NCBI GenBank assembly: GCA_963667255.1 | Contig: OY762940.1 | Coordinates: 1,408,001-1,472,000, forward strand | Reading direction: 5' to 3' | Origin: Candidatus Cloacimonadota bacterium | Lineage (GTDB): Bacteria > Cloacimonadota > Cloacimonadia > G963667145 | DNA: 64,000 nucleotides | Part shown: positions 52,244 to 63,232 of the stretch, one piece after another | Layout: every line of letters starts with the position of its first letter | Numbering within the stretch: the first letter of the stretch is position 1 | Notes under the pieces: model-generated | What the model saw: only the letters and a program-made list of their open reading frames with translations | What the model was told of the DNA's origin: nothing | The model's database searches: none | Translations under genes and position numbers: made by a program

Positions 52244-54028
52244 ATGGCAAAAGGTAAATTATCTATTCATACCGAAAATATATTCCCTATTATCAAGAAA
52301 TGGCTCTACTCCGAGCATGATATTTTTTTGAGAGAAATCATAGCTAACGCTATCGATGCTCTGTCCAAACGAGAGACAATGGACAAGAAAGTTGATAAGA
52401 AGGAACTCAAAGTCAAGATAGAAATCGACAAAGACAATAAATGCATCAGGGTGATAGACACAGGCATCGGAATGACCGACGAGGAGATAAAAAAATATAT
52501 CAACCAAATAGCTTTTTCCGGTGCGGAAGATTTCGTGGAAAAATACAAAAATAAAGATATCATCGGTCATTTCGGATTGGGATTTTATTCCAGTTTCATG
52601 GTCTCCGACAAAGTGACAATCGACTCACTCTCCTATCAAGACGGAGCGGAAGCTGCCACTTGGGAATGTGAGGGCGAAACCGAATACAAAATGAGCAAAG
52701 GTAGCAGAGCCAATGTCGGCACGACCGTGAGCATCTATCTGAACAACGACAGCAAGGACTATATCGAAAGCTACAAAATCAAGGAAATTTTGGATAAATA
52801 CTGCACATTTATGCCCTATCCGATAGAGTTTGAGGACAAAGTTATCAATCAAAAAGAGCCTCTATGGGAAAAAGACCCGAAAGAAGTGAAAGAAAAAGAG
52901 TATAAAGAGTTTTACAAAGAGTATTTCCACGATTGGCAAGAGCCTCTATTTTGGATACATCTGAACATCGACTATCCGTTCAATCTGAAAGGAATCTTGT
53001 ATTTCCCAAAATTGGATATCCACTCTATGCGAAACACGGGAATGGTGAAACTATTTTGCAACAGAGTGTTCGTCGCCGACAATGTGAAAGAGCTTTTGCC
53101 GGAGTTTCTCCTGTTGCTCAAAGGTGGAATCGACATCCCCGATATTCCTCTGAATGTTTCCAGAAGTTTCTTGCAACACGACAAGGAAGTCCAAAAAATT
53201 ACCGGATATATCGTCAAAAAAATCGGCGATGAATTGAAAAGGCTGTTCGGCGATGACCGCAAAAAGTTCGAAAAATTTTGGGAAGATATCCAAAAATATG
53301 TGAAATACGGCGTATTGACACAAGAGAAATTCTTCGAAAATTGCAAAGATATTATCTTGTTTCAAACGACTGACAAAAAGTGGCTCTCAATATCGGAGCT
53401 GACTGCCGAGCAAACCGATGAGAAAAAGAAGGTGCATTACACGACAGACAGCAACTCGCCTTATGTAGAAATCCTGACCAAAGAGGGAAACAAAGTTGTT
53501 TTGGCAGACGAACTTTTGGACAATCATCTTTATCAAAAATACGAAATGGCTGACAGCAATTTGAGCTTTACCAGAGTAGATGCACAGGTCGCCGAAAGCA
53601 TGGTAGATAAAGACACCGTGGAGGAAATCGACGACAAAGGGAAAGGCACTTCCGAAAAATTGAAAGAGCTTTTTGAGAAGCAACTCGACGACAAGAAAAT
53701 CACAGTGAAAGTGCAAGCTCTCAAAATGAAAGATATTCCAGCGATGATAGTCTTCGATGAGCAAATGCGGAGATTTATGGAGATGAGCTCGATGATGAAT
53801 CAAGAAGAGGACAGTTTGCCAGTCAGCGGTTACGAATTGGTAATAAATTCCAACAACGAATTGATAAAGAAACTTGGTAATATGGACAGCAAAACCGACA
53901 AAGGCAAAATCTCTCTTCTCTGCAAATACATCAACGACTTGGCTCTTATCAAGCAAAACAACTACTCGCCAAAAAAACTGCAAGAGTTTGTAAAGATGAG
54001 CTCTGAAATCTTGGAAATGATCAATTAA
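52244..54028 (+). CDS. htpG: Hsp90 chaperone HtpG
   Basis: FLRE...NAIDA, DTGIGM, IGHFGLGFYS, PLNVSRS. Confidence 0.96.
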   Translation: MAKGKLSIHTENIFPIIKKWLYSEHDIFLREIIANAIDALSKRETMDKKVDKKELKVKIEIDKDNKCIRVIDTGIGMTDEEIKKYINQIAFSGAEDFVEKYKNKDIIGHFGLGFYSSFMVSDKVTIDSLSYQDGAEAATWECEGETEYKMSKGSRANVGTTVSIYLNNDSKDYIESYKIKEILDKYCTFMPYPIEFEDKVINQKEPLWEKDPKEVKEKEYKEFYKEYFHDWQEPLFWIHLNIDYPFNLKGILYFPKLDIHSMRNTGMVKLFCNRVFVADNVKELLPEFLLLLKGGIDIPDIPLNVSRSFLQHDKEVQKITGYIVKKIGDELKRLFGDDRKKFEKFWEDIQKYVKYGVLTQEKFFENCKDIILFQTTDKKWLSISELTAEQTDEKKKVHYTTDSNSPYVEILTKEGNKVVLADELLDNHLYQKYEMADSNLSFTRVDAQVAESMVDKDTVEEIDDKGKGTSEKLKELFEKQLDDKKITVKVQALKMKDIPAMIVFDEQMRRFMEMSSMMNQEEDSLPVSGYELVINSNNELIKKLGNMDSKTDKGKISLLCKYINDLALIKQNNYSPKKLQEFVKMSSEILEMIN

Positions 54029-54046
54029 TTGCATATAGATCCTGTA

Positions 54047-54105
54047 AAGGCTATCGTCTCCTTTTGTGATAAACACAAATCGGTTGACAGATAGCCTTTT
54101 TTTTT
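54047..54105 (+). terminator. Terminator after htpG
   Basis: AAGGCTATC...GATAGCCTT followed by a long T run. Confidence 0.6.
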
Positions 54106-54120
54106 GGTCTTGCTTGGGAT

Positions 54121-55158
54121 ATGAAAAAGATAATCCTCTGCTGTCTGTTGGCATTTACTTGCCTCTTTGCGACTGGGAAAAAGACTGTCCGCATCGTCGC
54201 TGTCGGCGATGTAATGCTCGGCACATCTTACCCCGCAACAAAATATCTGCCAGAAAATGTAACCAATCTCCTGCGACCACTGCAACAAACTTTAGCAAGT
54301 GCTGATGTTACTTTCGGCAATCTGGAAGGATGCTTCAGCGACAGTGCTTCCCCTGTAAAAATTGTCAAAGACAGCAGTAAGGCGTATTTGTTCCGAATGC
54401 CTTGCCACTACGCTGTGGAACTGCAAAAAGCGGGATTTGACCTGATGAGCATCGCCAACAACCATTCCCAAGATTTCGGGCAAAAGGGCATCGAAACCAC
54501 AAAGTCGATTATGGATTCCTTGGGAATTGCGGTGGCAGGAACTGAAAATTACCCAACCGCCATTATCGCCAGAGACAGTATCAGATATGGATTCTGTGCG
54601 TTCTCCGCCAACAAAGGAACGCTCTACATCAACGACTACAAAACATTAAAGAAAATCGTGAGCAATCTAAAAGAAAAAGCCGATATAGTGATTGTCTCGT
54701 TCCACGGTGGAGCGGAAGGAAACGGCTATCAACGGACTCCCGACAGCACAGAGATTTTCCTCGGAGAAAATAGAGGCTTCGTGAAAGAGTTCGCTCGCAA
54801 AGCCATAGATGCCGGAGCCGACCTCGTGCTCGGACACGGACCGCATGTCCCCCGCACTATCGACCTCTACAAAAACCGCTTCATCATCTACAGCCTCGGC
54901 AACTTCTGCACATTCGGGCGATTTAATCTGCGAGCTGCCAACGGAATCGCTCCCCTGCTGTCGCTACAGCTAACTCCACAAGGCGAATTTGTCAGCGGAA
55001 AAATCGTCCCCATTAAACAACTCGGAAGAGGCGTGCCACGAGTGGATTCTCAAAGAAAAGTGATACGAAATATGCAAAAACTCTTGGTAGAGGACGCTCC
55101 CAACTGCGGATTACAAATCGACGAAAACGGCAATATTACAAAGCTATCGGGAAATTAG
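54121..55158 (+). CDS. CapA/PGA_cap family metallophosphatase
   Basis: VGDVM, GNLEG, ANNH, FHGGAE, GHGPHV, YSLGNF. Confidence 0.9.
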   Translation: MKKIILCCLLAFTCLFATGKKTVRIVAVGDVMLGTSYPATKYLPENVTNLLRPLQQTLASADVTFGNLEGCFSDSASPVKIVKDSSKAYLFRMPCHYAVELQKAGFDLMSIANNHSQDFGQKGIETTKSIMDSLGIAVAGTENYPTAIIARDSIRYGFCAFSANKGTLYINDYKTLKKIVSNLKEKADIVIVSFHGGAEGNGYQRTPDSTEIFLGENRGFVKEFARKAIDAGADLVLGHGPHVPRTIDLYKNRFIIYSLGNFCTFGRFNLRAANGIAPLLSLQLTPQGEFVSGKIVPIKQLGRGVPRVDSQRKVIRNMQKLLVEDAPNCGLQIDENGNITKLSGN

Positions 55159-56189
55159 TAGCGGACAATCCCCATGTCGCGAGTGGTCGCCGTGATGGTG
55201 CGAGCTATCCCCACAAGCGAAGAGATGATTTTGGCATAATCGGTGCGAAGCGGACTGAGCGTGCCGAGATAACCAGGAATCCCAAACAAATCGTATTTGG
55301 CATAAATCAGAACGAACTCATGCCAAGCGTTATCGGGCAAACTATCACCCAAAATAACCCCAGCTTTGTCGCTCGGGTCGTTCTCCTGCATAAGTTTGAC
55401 CAAAATCTCCTGACGACGCATCATGGCGAAAAAATTGAGAATGTTGTTTTTGCTGTCAAATTCCGGTTGCTCCAAAAAAGAGATATTGGCATCGAAATTC
55501 AAGAAATATCCGCCCATCTTGCTCAAGGCGTTATATAGTTCCCGCAAAAAAAGATTGAGCAACGAGTTTTCTTGGTTATTGGCAGAATCGAGCAGATACT
55601 TGGTCTGAATGTCATAAATCCGCAATCCCGAAAACTTCTGATTTACATAGCGAGTCAAGGCGTTCAACTGCTGAGTGGTAATCTGATAATCGCACTTCAC
55701 GAAAATGGTCTTGTCCAAACCGGAGCTGAGACTGACCACAAAGAGGAGCTTTACGGGAGAAATCTTGAAAACGCTAAGATTGCGAAGATATTCATAGCTA
55801 ATCTCAGGCTCGGCGACGAAGCACAATTGCCCCACGGAAGTAGCCAAAATCTGCAAAATATAGTCCAACATCGCTGTGGCATCCCGAAAATTATCGCACA
55901 CAATTCGCTTGAGCGTGTCGGTCTTTGCAAAGTCCAAATCGGAAAACTCGTTCTGACGAATGTACTCGCGATATCCAGCAATCGTGGGAATGCGACCAGC
56001 AGAGGTATGTGGCTGATAAATATAGCCCTTATCCTCGAGATGCACCAAGTCGCTGCGAATGGTGGCAGGACTCATATCGGGAAAATATTTGCTGCAAATC
56101 GTGCCGGAAGCCAACGGAGTTTGGCAAATATAATATTCCCAAATTAAACAATCTAATAATTTCTTTCGCCTAAAACTTTTTTTGTTCAT
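55155..56189 (-). CDS. hrcA: Heat-inducible repressor HrcA
   Basis: SPATIR, QPHTSAGRIPT..GYR, P.R.DY. Confidence 0.93.
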   Translation of the reverse strand: MNKKSFRRKKLLDCLIWEYYICQTPLASGTICSKYFPDMSPATIRSDLVHLEDKGYIYQPHTSAGRIPTIAGYREYIRQNEFSDLDFAKTDTLKRIVCDNFRDATAMLDYILQILATSVGQLCFVAEPEISYEYLRNLSVFKISPVKLLFVVSLSSGLDKTIFVKCDYQITTQQLNALTRYVNQKFSGLRIYDIQTKYLLDSANNQENSLLNLFLRELYNALSKMGGYFLNFDANISFLEQPEFDSKNNILNFFAMMRRQEILVKLMQENDPSDKAGVILGDSLPDNAWHEFVLIYAKYDLFGIPGYLGTLSPLRTDYAKIISSLVGIARTITATTRDMGIVRY

Positions 56190-56330
56190 AAGACTAAAAT
56201 TACCTCTTGACCTTATTTTCTGCCAAGTTCAAGCTAAATCGATAGCTCGTCAAGAAATTTAGATAGTGATGTTGCGACGGCTGATAATTATGGCTTGACA
56301 AGATTTGCCAACGATTTTTAACAAAGAGAG

Positions 56331-57203
56331 ATGAAAACTTCTATCCGCTTTTTTGATGACCGAGAAGTCAGAGCCATTTGGGACAAACAAAGTGCCAAGT
56401 GGTGGTTTTCTGTGCTGGATATTATGGCAATGCTGACCGACCAAGATGATTATGCCAAAAACAGAAACTATTGGAAATATCTCAAAGCCAAGCTAAAGAA
56501 AGAAAAGAGTGAGTTGGTTAGTGCCACTACCCAACTGAAACTTTTAGCAAGTGATGGCAAACGATATTTGACCGATGTTCTCGACTACAACGGCATAATC
56601 TCTTTGGGAAAGCAATTTCCGAGCAAAAAAGCAAATCGCTTTTTGGAGTGGTTCACATTTAGTGCAGAGAATATCGACGACAAGAGCAAAGCCAAGGCTT
56701 ATGCCCTATTTGAGAGCTCATTCATCGACAGCATAGAGGTCGGGACTACTAATGGTTTGCAACAAATTCACGCCTATCTGTTTGGTGGTCTATACGATTT
56801 TGCAGGTCAGATAAGGCAAAAAAATATCTCCAAAGGTGGCTTTCAATTTGCTGTTGCTCGCTTCCTCGATAACACATTGCAAGAGATAGAAAAAATGCCA
56901 GAAAATAGTTTTGACGAGATTGTGGATAAATATATCGAGATGAATATTGCTCATCCTTTTATGGAGGGCAACGGCAGAAGCACTCGGATTTGGTTGGACT
57001 TGATTTTGAAAAGACGCTTAAAAAAATGTGTTGATTGGAGTAGGATAGGCAAAACCGAGTATATGACCGCTATGAGACTCAGCCCGACTGAGAGCAATGT
57101 GCTGAAGGCTCTTGTGAGAAATGCACTCACGGACAAAATAAGCGATAGAGAAATGTTTATGAGAGGAATAGATTATTCGTACTATTATGAGGAGAATGAG
57201 TGA
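56331..57203 (+). CDS. Fic AMPylase with BRO-N-like N-terminus (class III, C-terminal autoinhibitory helix)
   Basis: [13 protein letters not shown]-terminal SYYYE, N-terminal VRAIWD...WWFSVLD. Confidence 0.88.
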   Translation: MKTSIRFFDDREVRAIWDKQSAKWWFSVLDIMAMLTDQDDYAKNRNYWKYLKAKLKKEKSELVSATTQLKLLASDGKRYLTDVLDYNGIISLGKQFPSKKANRFLEWFTFSAENIDDKSKAKAYALFESSFIDSIEVGTTNGLQQIHAYLFGGLYDFAGQIRQKNISKGGFQFAVARFLDNTLQEIEKMPENSFDEIVDKYIEMNIAHPFMEGNGRSTRIWLDLILKRRLKKCVDWSRIGKTEYMTAMRLSPTESNVLKALVRNALTDKISDREMFMRGIDYSYYYEENE

Positions 57204-57210
57204 GCAATTT

Positions 57211-57316
57211 CCTCGTTCCCAAGCTCCAGCTTGGGAATGCATACGAACTTAAAAATATACACTCCCAAGTCTATCAAGTATAATGAAATCGTGCTTGGCT
57301 GGAGCTTGGGAGCGAG
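57211..57316. repeat. REP-doublet (REPIN/MITE-like) element, copy B
   Basis: CCTCGTTCCCAAGCTCCAGCTTGGGAA...GCTGGAGCTTGGGAGCGAG. Confidence 0.75.
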
Positions 57317-57325
57317 AGAATAAAT

Positions 57326-58033
57326 ATGAGAAATTTGATAGAAAAACAAAAAATCAAGCCAGTTGCAATTGCTAAATTTTCTAAAAAAAAATTCCTAAAA
57401 GATATACTTGAAAAAGAAGAGTTATTTTTTAACACAATAACTTATTTTTCAAAAAAAGAAAATGAAAATCATCAATTTGACCAATACGAAGGGATAAACA
57501 AAATTTATCAATCAAATAATGTAGTTGATTTAAAATTATTTGATAGGCATTTTAAAGTAAAAGATAATGGAAAACCTATAAAAATAAGATTATCTTCAAA
57601 TAATTATTTTACACATATATGCTGTTTTACATTTTTTACTAATGAAATTATTGAAATAAATGGTGAAAGAAAAGTTTTTGACCCTCAATTATTTGAGTTT
57701 GGTAATTATTTTATAGTGGGAATTGATATAAATGAAATTTTAAAAATAATTTCTTCTGCTTGTGAAATAGATAAAAATATTTTTAAATGGGAAATTAGTC
57801 CAGTTACTTATTATGATGTGAAAAAAATAAATGGAGACTGGAATATTTTTTGTAAGCCATTAAAGTACAGATATCAAAATGAAATAAGAGTTGCAATAGC
57901 AATAAATTCAAATAAAGAATTTAAATTAAAAGTATCTGGAATAAAAAAATATTTTTTGGACTTGATTTCTAAAAATGAATGCATAAATAAAATCATTGAT
58001 GATGTAGCAATTATTACAAAAAAACCAAATTAA
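57326..58033 (+). CDS. Hypothetical protein, very AT-rich
   Basis: 235-aa ORF; D.YEG, CCF, V.YYD, F.K...Y.YQNE.R pattern loosely like DUF2971-type proteins. Confidence 0.6.
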   Translation: MRNLIEKQKIKPVAIAKFSKKKFLKDILEKEELFFNTITYFSKKENENHQFDQYEGINKIYQSNNVVDLKLFDRHFKVKDNGKPIKIRLSSNNYFTHICCFTFFTNEIIEINGERKVFDPQLFEFGNYFIVGIDINEILKIISSACEIDKNIFKWEISPVTYYDVKKINGDWNIFCKPLKYRYQNEIRVAIAINSNKEFKLKVSGIKKYFLDLISKNECINKIIDDVAIITKKPN

Positions 58034-59284
58034 ACTACTATATACCAACAGGAAAACCAATGAAATACAAAAACATTCGTGAAGAAGAGCTGAAGAACAA
58101 GGTCGGTGCTGACTGGTTTAACCATTTTGATACGACGGAGATAGTGGGCGATATAGACTTCACTGTGTTTCCGACGCAGAAGAGTATTTTCGAGAGGACA
58201 CCGCTGCTGTGGGCTGAGGCGAAGACTGGCGACTACGACATTACCACGATGTTTGCCCAGCTCATCTTGACTATCGGCAAAGCACGAACTTTTGACAAGA
58301 CGATGCCACCAGCTTTCCTTGGAGCTTTCGACTTTGGGAAAATCGCCTTTGTGCCTTACATAAATATTCAAGACATTTTCTATCTAAACGACTTCAACTG
58401 GAATGTAACTCCGAGCAATCACGAGAGCAAAGAGTTTTTGCTGATAAAGGAGCGGATAGAGTCGCTGAACCTCAACACCTACATCTATGACTATGAGAAA
58501 GACGAAAAAGAGCTGAAGAGTTTCATCAAAAATAACATCGCCAACGCAACTACGAGTAGTAAAATCAAGATAGATAAGAACAATTTTATTCCCATTTATC
58601 TGCGGTGGCTGGAGCATATCAAACCGATTATTGAGGTGAACTGGGACGAACTGAACAAAGCCAATATTCTGGACAGCGACTTCTACCTCGCCGACTTGTT
58701 TGTGGACGACCAAGACACGAGCAAGATAGACGATGATGTTACGATTCGCGACAATCTTTTTGTTGTCTTCCTAAATTCCGGCTACAAAATCGCCAAAGAG
58801 AACCTCAACCAAATGTTTGATGCGACTATCAATATCCGCAACAGAGACCTCTATCAGCAATTTTGGAAATATTACAAAAGACCACCACTGCAAGAGTTTC
58901 AGGATTACATCATCGAGCGGAGAGATTTGCTCGTTCCTCAAGACATCAGAGAGCGAAAGGGAGCATTCTTCACACCTCGTCAGTGGGTGGAGCTTTCCCA
59001 AAAATACCTTGGCGACTATCTCGGAGAGGATTGGCAAGACGAGTATTACATCTGGGATTGTGCAGCCGGCACTGGCAACTTGCTGGCTGGGCTCACCAAC
59101 AAATACCATATCTTTGCCAGCACCCTCGACCAAGCCGATGTGAGCGTGATGCACGAGCGGATAGACCACGGAGCTAACCTCTTGAAAAATCATGTTTTCC
59201 AGTTCGACTTCCTCAACGACGATTTCACTAAACTTCCCCAAAGTTTGCAAGAGATTATAAGCGACCCAGAGAAATGCAAAAAGC

Positions 59285-60395
59285 GGGAGCGTGCATTTAA
59301 TTGGGTCTAATTTCCACTCCTTTTGAATAATTATTGAACCAAATTTTCAAAAAATGATTCATATTTTTTTCAGATTTAAATCCGTCTAAATTTTTTAATT
59401 TCCTATTCAATTGTCGATTAATATTTTCAATTTTATTTGTTGTTTTATCCAAAAAATCGTAATGAAAATGAGCAGTTAATAAACCAAAGTTTCGATTAAT
59501 TGATTTAATAAAACGCTTATGAATTTTTAGGCGAAAAAATTTTTCATAGTGATTAAGCGAACTTAAATTATTTTCAGCTTCTTGTAAAGTTTCAGCATTT
59601 AAAATGCTCTTAATCAAGTTCTTAAAGAAAATATTTCGTCTAAAAAACTTACTCTTTTTTGTTTTAGGAACATTGATATTAACGCTTCTTAAATAATGAA
59701 CCAAGCAAATTTGATGTGGAACATCTTCAAAAAGTTGGTTAACTGGCTTAACAAAGCACTTCCCTCGCCCAAAATCTGACACAATCCCAATTATTTTGTT
59801 GTCATACATTTTTTTTAGTCTATTCAAAAAGTCTTCAGATGAACTACTATGTTCTCTATCATAAATCTTGTAATATATTGGTTTATCAAGTAGTTTGCTA
59901 CTGGCGACTAAGACAACTTTTCGCTTACCGTTTATCTTAATTTCCTTGCCATCAATATAAATTGTTGTCTCATCTATATTGCTGTGTAACACATTATCCT
60001 GATATAAATTAGCTCGCTGAGGTATCCAATTAAGAATACTATTTTTACAAATCCCATGTCTTTTAGCAACTTCAGAAAGAGAACTTTTGGTTGAAATATA
60101 GTCAGTAACAACCTTATCTTTGAATTTTGGTGCAAAATGAGTTCTCTTATTATATCCAAAATTGGTAAAACTTATTTGGCAATCTTTACAATAAAATCGT
60201 TGAGTTTTGACTTTAATTTTCCCACGATTAGTTGTTCTTTCAGAGAAAATATATCCCTTCTTTTTTGTGTTTAAGCTATCACAATTTGGACAGCGTTTTT
60301 TTTGATTATACTCATGGCATTTTAATAAATGTTCATAACTTATTCTGTCAAACATAATTAGGTCTTATTTCAGACCCAGTTATTTGCACACTCCC
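59285..60395 (-). mobile_element. IS copy 3 (inverted)
   Basis: Same TIRs; 8-bp TSD CAAAAAGC at 59277-59284 and 60396-60403. Confidence 0.95.
59297..60355 (-). CDS. DDE transposase
   Basis: Translation identical to copies 1 and 2. Confidence 0.9.
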   Translation of the reverse strand: MFDRISYEHLLKCHEYNQKKRCPNCDSLNTKKKGYIFSERTTNRGKIKVKTQRFYCKDCQISFTNFGYNKRTHFAPKFKDKVVTDYISTKSSLSEVAKRHGICKNSILNWIPQRANLYQDNVLHSNIDETTIYIDGKEIKINGKRKVVLVASSKLLDKPIYYKIYDREHSSSSEDFLNRLKKMYDNKIIGIVSDFGRGKCFVKPVNQLFEDVPHQICLVHYLRSVNINVPKTKKSKFFRRNIFFKNLIKSILNAETLQEAENNLSSLNHYEKFFRLKIHKRFIKSINRNFGLLTAHFHYDFLDKTTNKIENINRQLNRKLKNLDGFKSEKNMNHFLKIWFNNYSKGVEIRPN

Positions 60396-61626
60396 CAAAA
60401 AGCTGATAATCTATATCAATCCACCTTATGCGGAAGCAGCAACTGCCAAAACAGTAACAGGGACAGGCGAAAATAAAGCGGGAGTTACTATAGATTTCAA
60501 AATTAACGATTATTCCAAACCAAAAATTGGCAATGCTTCCAACGAAATTTTTGCTCTTTTTATGGCTAATATTTATGACAAAATTCCTAATTGTATTTTA
60601 GGACAATTTTCAACTATGAAATTTGTAAACGGCTCAAATTTTAGGAAATTTAAAGAGTTTTTTCTTGCAAAATATATTAGCGGTTTTGTTGCCCCTGCCG
60701 AAACTTTTGACAATGTAAAAGGAAAATTTCCAATAGGTTTCACTATTTGGGATACTGCTCAAAAAACAAAAATTGATACAATTTCAACTGATGTTTTTGA
60801 TAAAAATGCCAATTTTATTGGAATTAAAAATTTTTATGGCAATTTACCTGAAATTATTAATAAATGGATTGTTGATTATAGAAGTAATAGAGAAAGTATA
60901 GGCTATTTAACCACAAGAGGTAATGATTTTCAAAACAATAATTTTATTCAAATTATTAATCATAAAAAGTTAGTAAAAAGCAATAGAGGAGTTTCGATTG
61001 ATAAAATTAATTTGGTTTCTGTTTCCATATACTTGTCAGTTCGTCATTGCATAGAAGCAACTTGGCTCAACGACAGAGACCAATTCCTCTATCCGAACGA
61101 TAATTGGAAGAAAGACAAAGAGTTTCATAGCGATTGTTTGGCTTTCGCTCTATTTCACGGACAAAACAAAATTACTTCAAGCGACGAAACAAACCACTGG
61201 ATACCTTTCACGGAGAGCGAAGTTGATGCCAAGGAGAAGTTTGCCAGCAACTTTATGAGCGACTTCATCAGCGGTAAGCTGAAGATTGAGCAAGATGCCA
61301 ACCTGCTCTTTGCCGACGAAAGTGGCGACAAGCTCTACGACAACAAGCCAAGGGAGTTTTCCCCTGAGGCAAAAGCGGTCTTTGATGCGGGAAGAGAGCT
61401 TTGGCGGTATTACCACAGCCAACCCAGCTGCAATGTGAACGCAAGTTTCTACGACATTAGGGAGTATTTCCAAGGCAGAAACGACAAGGGGCGAATGAAC
61501 AGCAAGAGCGACGACGAAACCTATATGAGCCTCATCGGAGATTTGCGAGAAAAGCTGAAAATCCTCGCCGACAAAATCAAGCCCAAAGTTTACGAATACG
61601 AGTTCTTGAAAGAGTGATGGAAAATT

Positions 61627-62613
61627 ATGAATAACAATATACTGCTGTATCAAGCACCTGATGGAAATATCAAAATCGATGTCCATTTGGAAGATGAAAC
61701 GGTTTGGCTTACTCAAGAGCAAATCGCCCAACTATTCGGCAAAGCCAAATCAACCATAAATGAGCATATCAAAAATATTTTTAAAGAAAATGAGCTAATA
61801 GAAGCTGATGTTTCAAAGAAATTCGGAAATTCCGAATTTCAGCAAAAAGCCCCTATTTATTACAATCTCGATGTCATTATCTCGGTTGGTTATCGTGTGA
61901 AATCGCCACAAGGAACGCAATTTCGTATTTGGGCGACCAAACGCATTCACGAATACATCGTCAAGGGCTTCACTATGGACGATGAACGCCTAAAACAAAA
62001 CGGAGCAAGGTCTCGCTATTTTGAAGAACTATTACAAAGAATCAGGGATATTCGTAGTAGTGAGCGAAATTTTTATCAAAAAATAACCGATATTTATGCC
62101 ACCAGTATCGATTACATAAAAGACGATGAGCAAACCAAGAAATTTTTTGCAACTGTGCAAAACAAGATGCATTATGCTGTTCACGGGCTGACAGCTGCCG
62201 AAATGATAAACAGCAGAGTTGATGCAAAAAAGCCGTTCCTCGAATTGACTAACTTCAGCGGTAACTATATAACTCAAAAAGATATTGGCATAGCAAAGAA
62301 TTATTTGTCCGAAAATGAATTGAAACAACTCAACTTAATTGTGACATTGTATCTTGATTTTGCGGAATTACAGGCTACAAATGGACGATTAATGAAAATG
62401 AGCGATTGGATCCAAAAATTGGACGACTTCTTGAAAATCAGTGAAAAAGAGTTGCTCAAAAATGCTGGAAGTGTAAGCCACAAACAAGCAATTGAAAAAG
62501 CGAATGCCGAATACAAAAAATTTAGAGAAGCGGAAAACAAAAATTACATATCAGATTTTGACAGAGAAATAAAGAAACTCGTAGAAGAGAGTAAGGAAAA
62601 CCACAAGGAGTAA
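61627..62613 (+). CDS. RhuM-family protein
   Basis: ETVWLTQ, YNLDVIISVGYRV.S..GTQFRIWAT, RIRDIRSSER, AKNYL. Confidence 0.88.
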   Translation: MNNNILLYQAPDGNIKIDVHLEDETVWLTQEQIAQLFGKAKSTINEHIKNIFKENELIEADVSKKFGNSEFQQKAPIYYNLDVIISVGYRVKSPQGTQFRIWATKRIHEYIVKGFTMDDERLKQNGARSRYFEELLQRIRDIRSSERNFYQKITDIYATSIDYIKDDEQTKKFFATVQNKMHYAVHGLTAAEMINSRVDAKKPFLELTNFSGNYITQKDIGIAKNYLSENELKQLNLIVTLYLDFAELQATNGRLMKMSDWIQKLDDFLKISEKELLKNAGSVSHKQAIEKANAEYKKFREAENKNYISDFDREIKKLVEESKENHKE

Positions 62614-62617
62614 AATC

Positions 62618-63232
62618 TTGAAAATCATCAAATATCTACTGGTTATAGTATTCATTGTGACTATTATGTTTGTGTTGTCTTTTAGCAATAATGATGGAAA
62701 TGAAATCTTTTTCCATAATGGTCGAATGACGATGGAACAACGAGTAGCAAAACCTGTCATATACCTATATCCTAAAAAGCGGACTAAAATTCGAGTTAAG
62801 TTGGATTGTGAGGGCAAGTTATTTTGCACTTATCCCCAATATAACGATGGTTGGGAAGTAACAGCCGAACCGAATGGCACTCTCCACGATTCCGAGGATA
62901 AAGAATACTCATATCTATTTTGGGAAGCTATCTCAGATTATAAATGGAACATCAAAGAGGGCTTTGTAATCAAAGGAAGCCATACGGCAGAGTTCTTGGA
63001 AAAATCGCTAAAAGAATTGGGATTGACACCCAGAGAATATAACGAATTCATCGTGTATTGGCTACCGAAGATGCAAGAAAATGAATACAATCTGATACAC
63101 TTTGCCGGCAAAGAATATGAAAAATTGGCTAAATTGTCAATCAAGCCAAAGCCTGACAATATCTTGCGTGTTTTTATGGTATATAAGCCATTAGAAAACC
63201 CGATTGAAATCAAGCCACAAATATTAAAAAAA
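62618..63232 (+). pseudogene. Conserved exported hypothetical protein, C-terminus cut by IS copy 4
   Basis: KPVIYLYP, TYP.Y..GW, YLFWE, EFIVYWLP, PKPD..LRVFM; ORF reads into the IS end (GSVQITGSEIRPNYV). Confidence 0.7.

Larger units (their letters stand above)
58060..61617 (+). pseudogene. Type IIG-like fused restriction-modification enzyme interrupted by IS copy 3; 812 aa when repaired
   Basis: ID...WAEAK nuclease motif, GAFFTP, WDCAAGTGNL; repair gives EKCKK-LIIYINPPY in frame. Confidence 0.85.

Noticed and set aside
56199..56226. CIRCE upstream of hrcA
   Set aside because: Only TTGGCA and a weak second arm match; too degenerate to call.
56331..63232. Integron cassette array or prophage
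   Set aside because: No integrase or phage genes; the intergenic palindrome lacks attC RYYYAAC/GTTRRRY ends and most gaps are too short.
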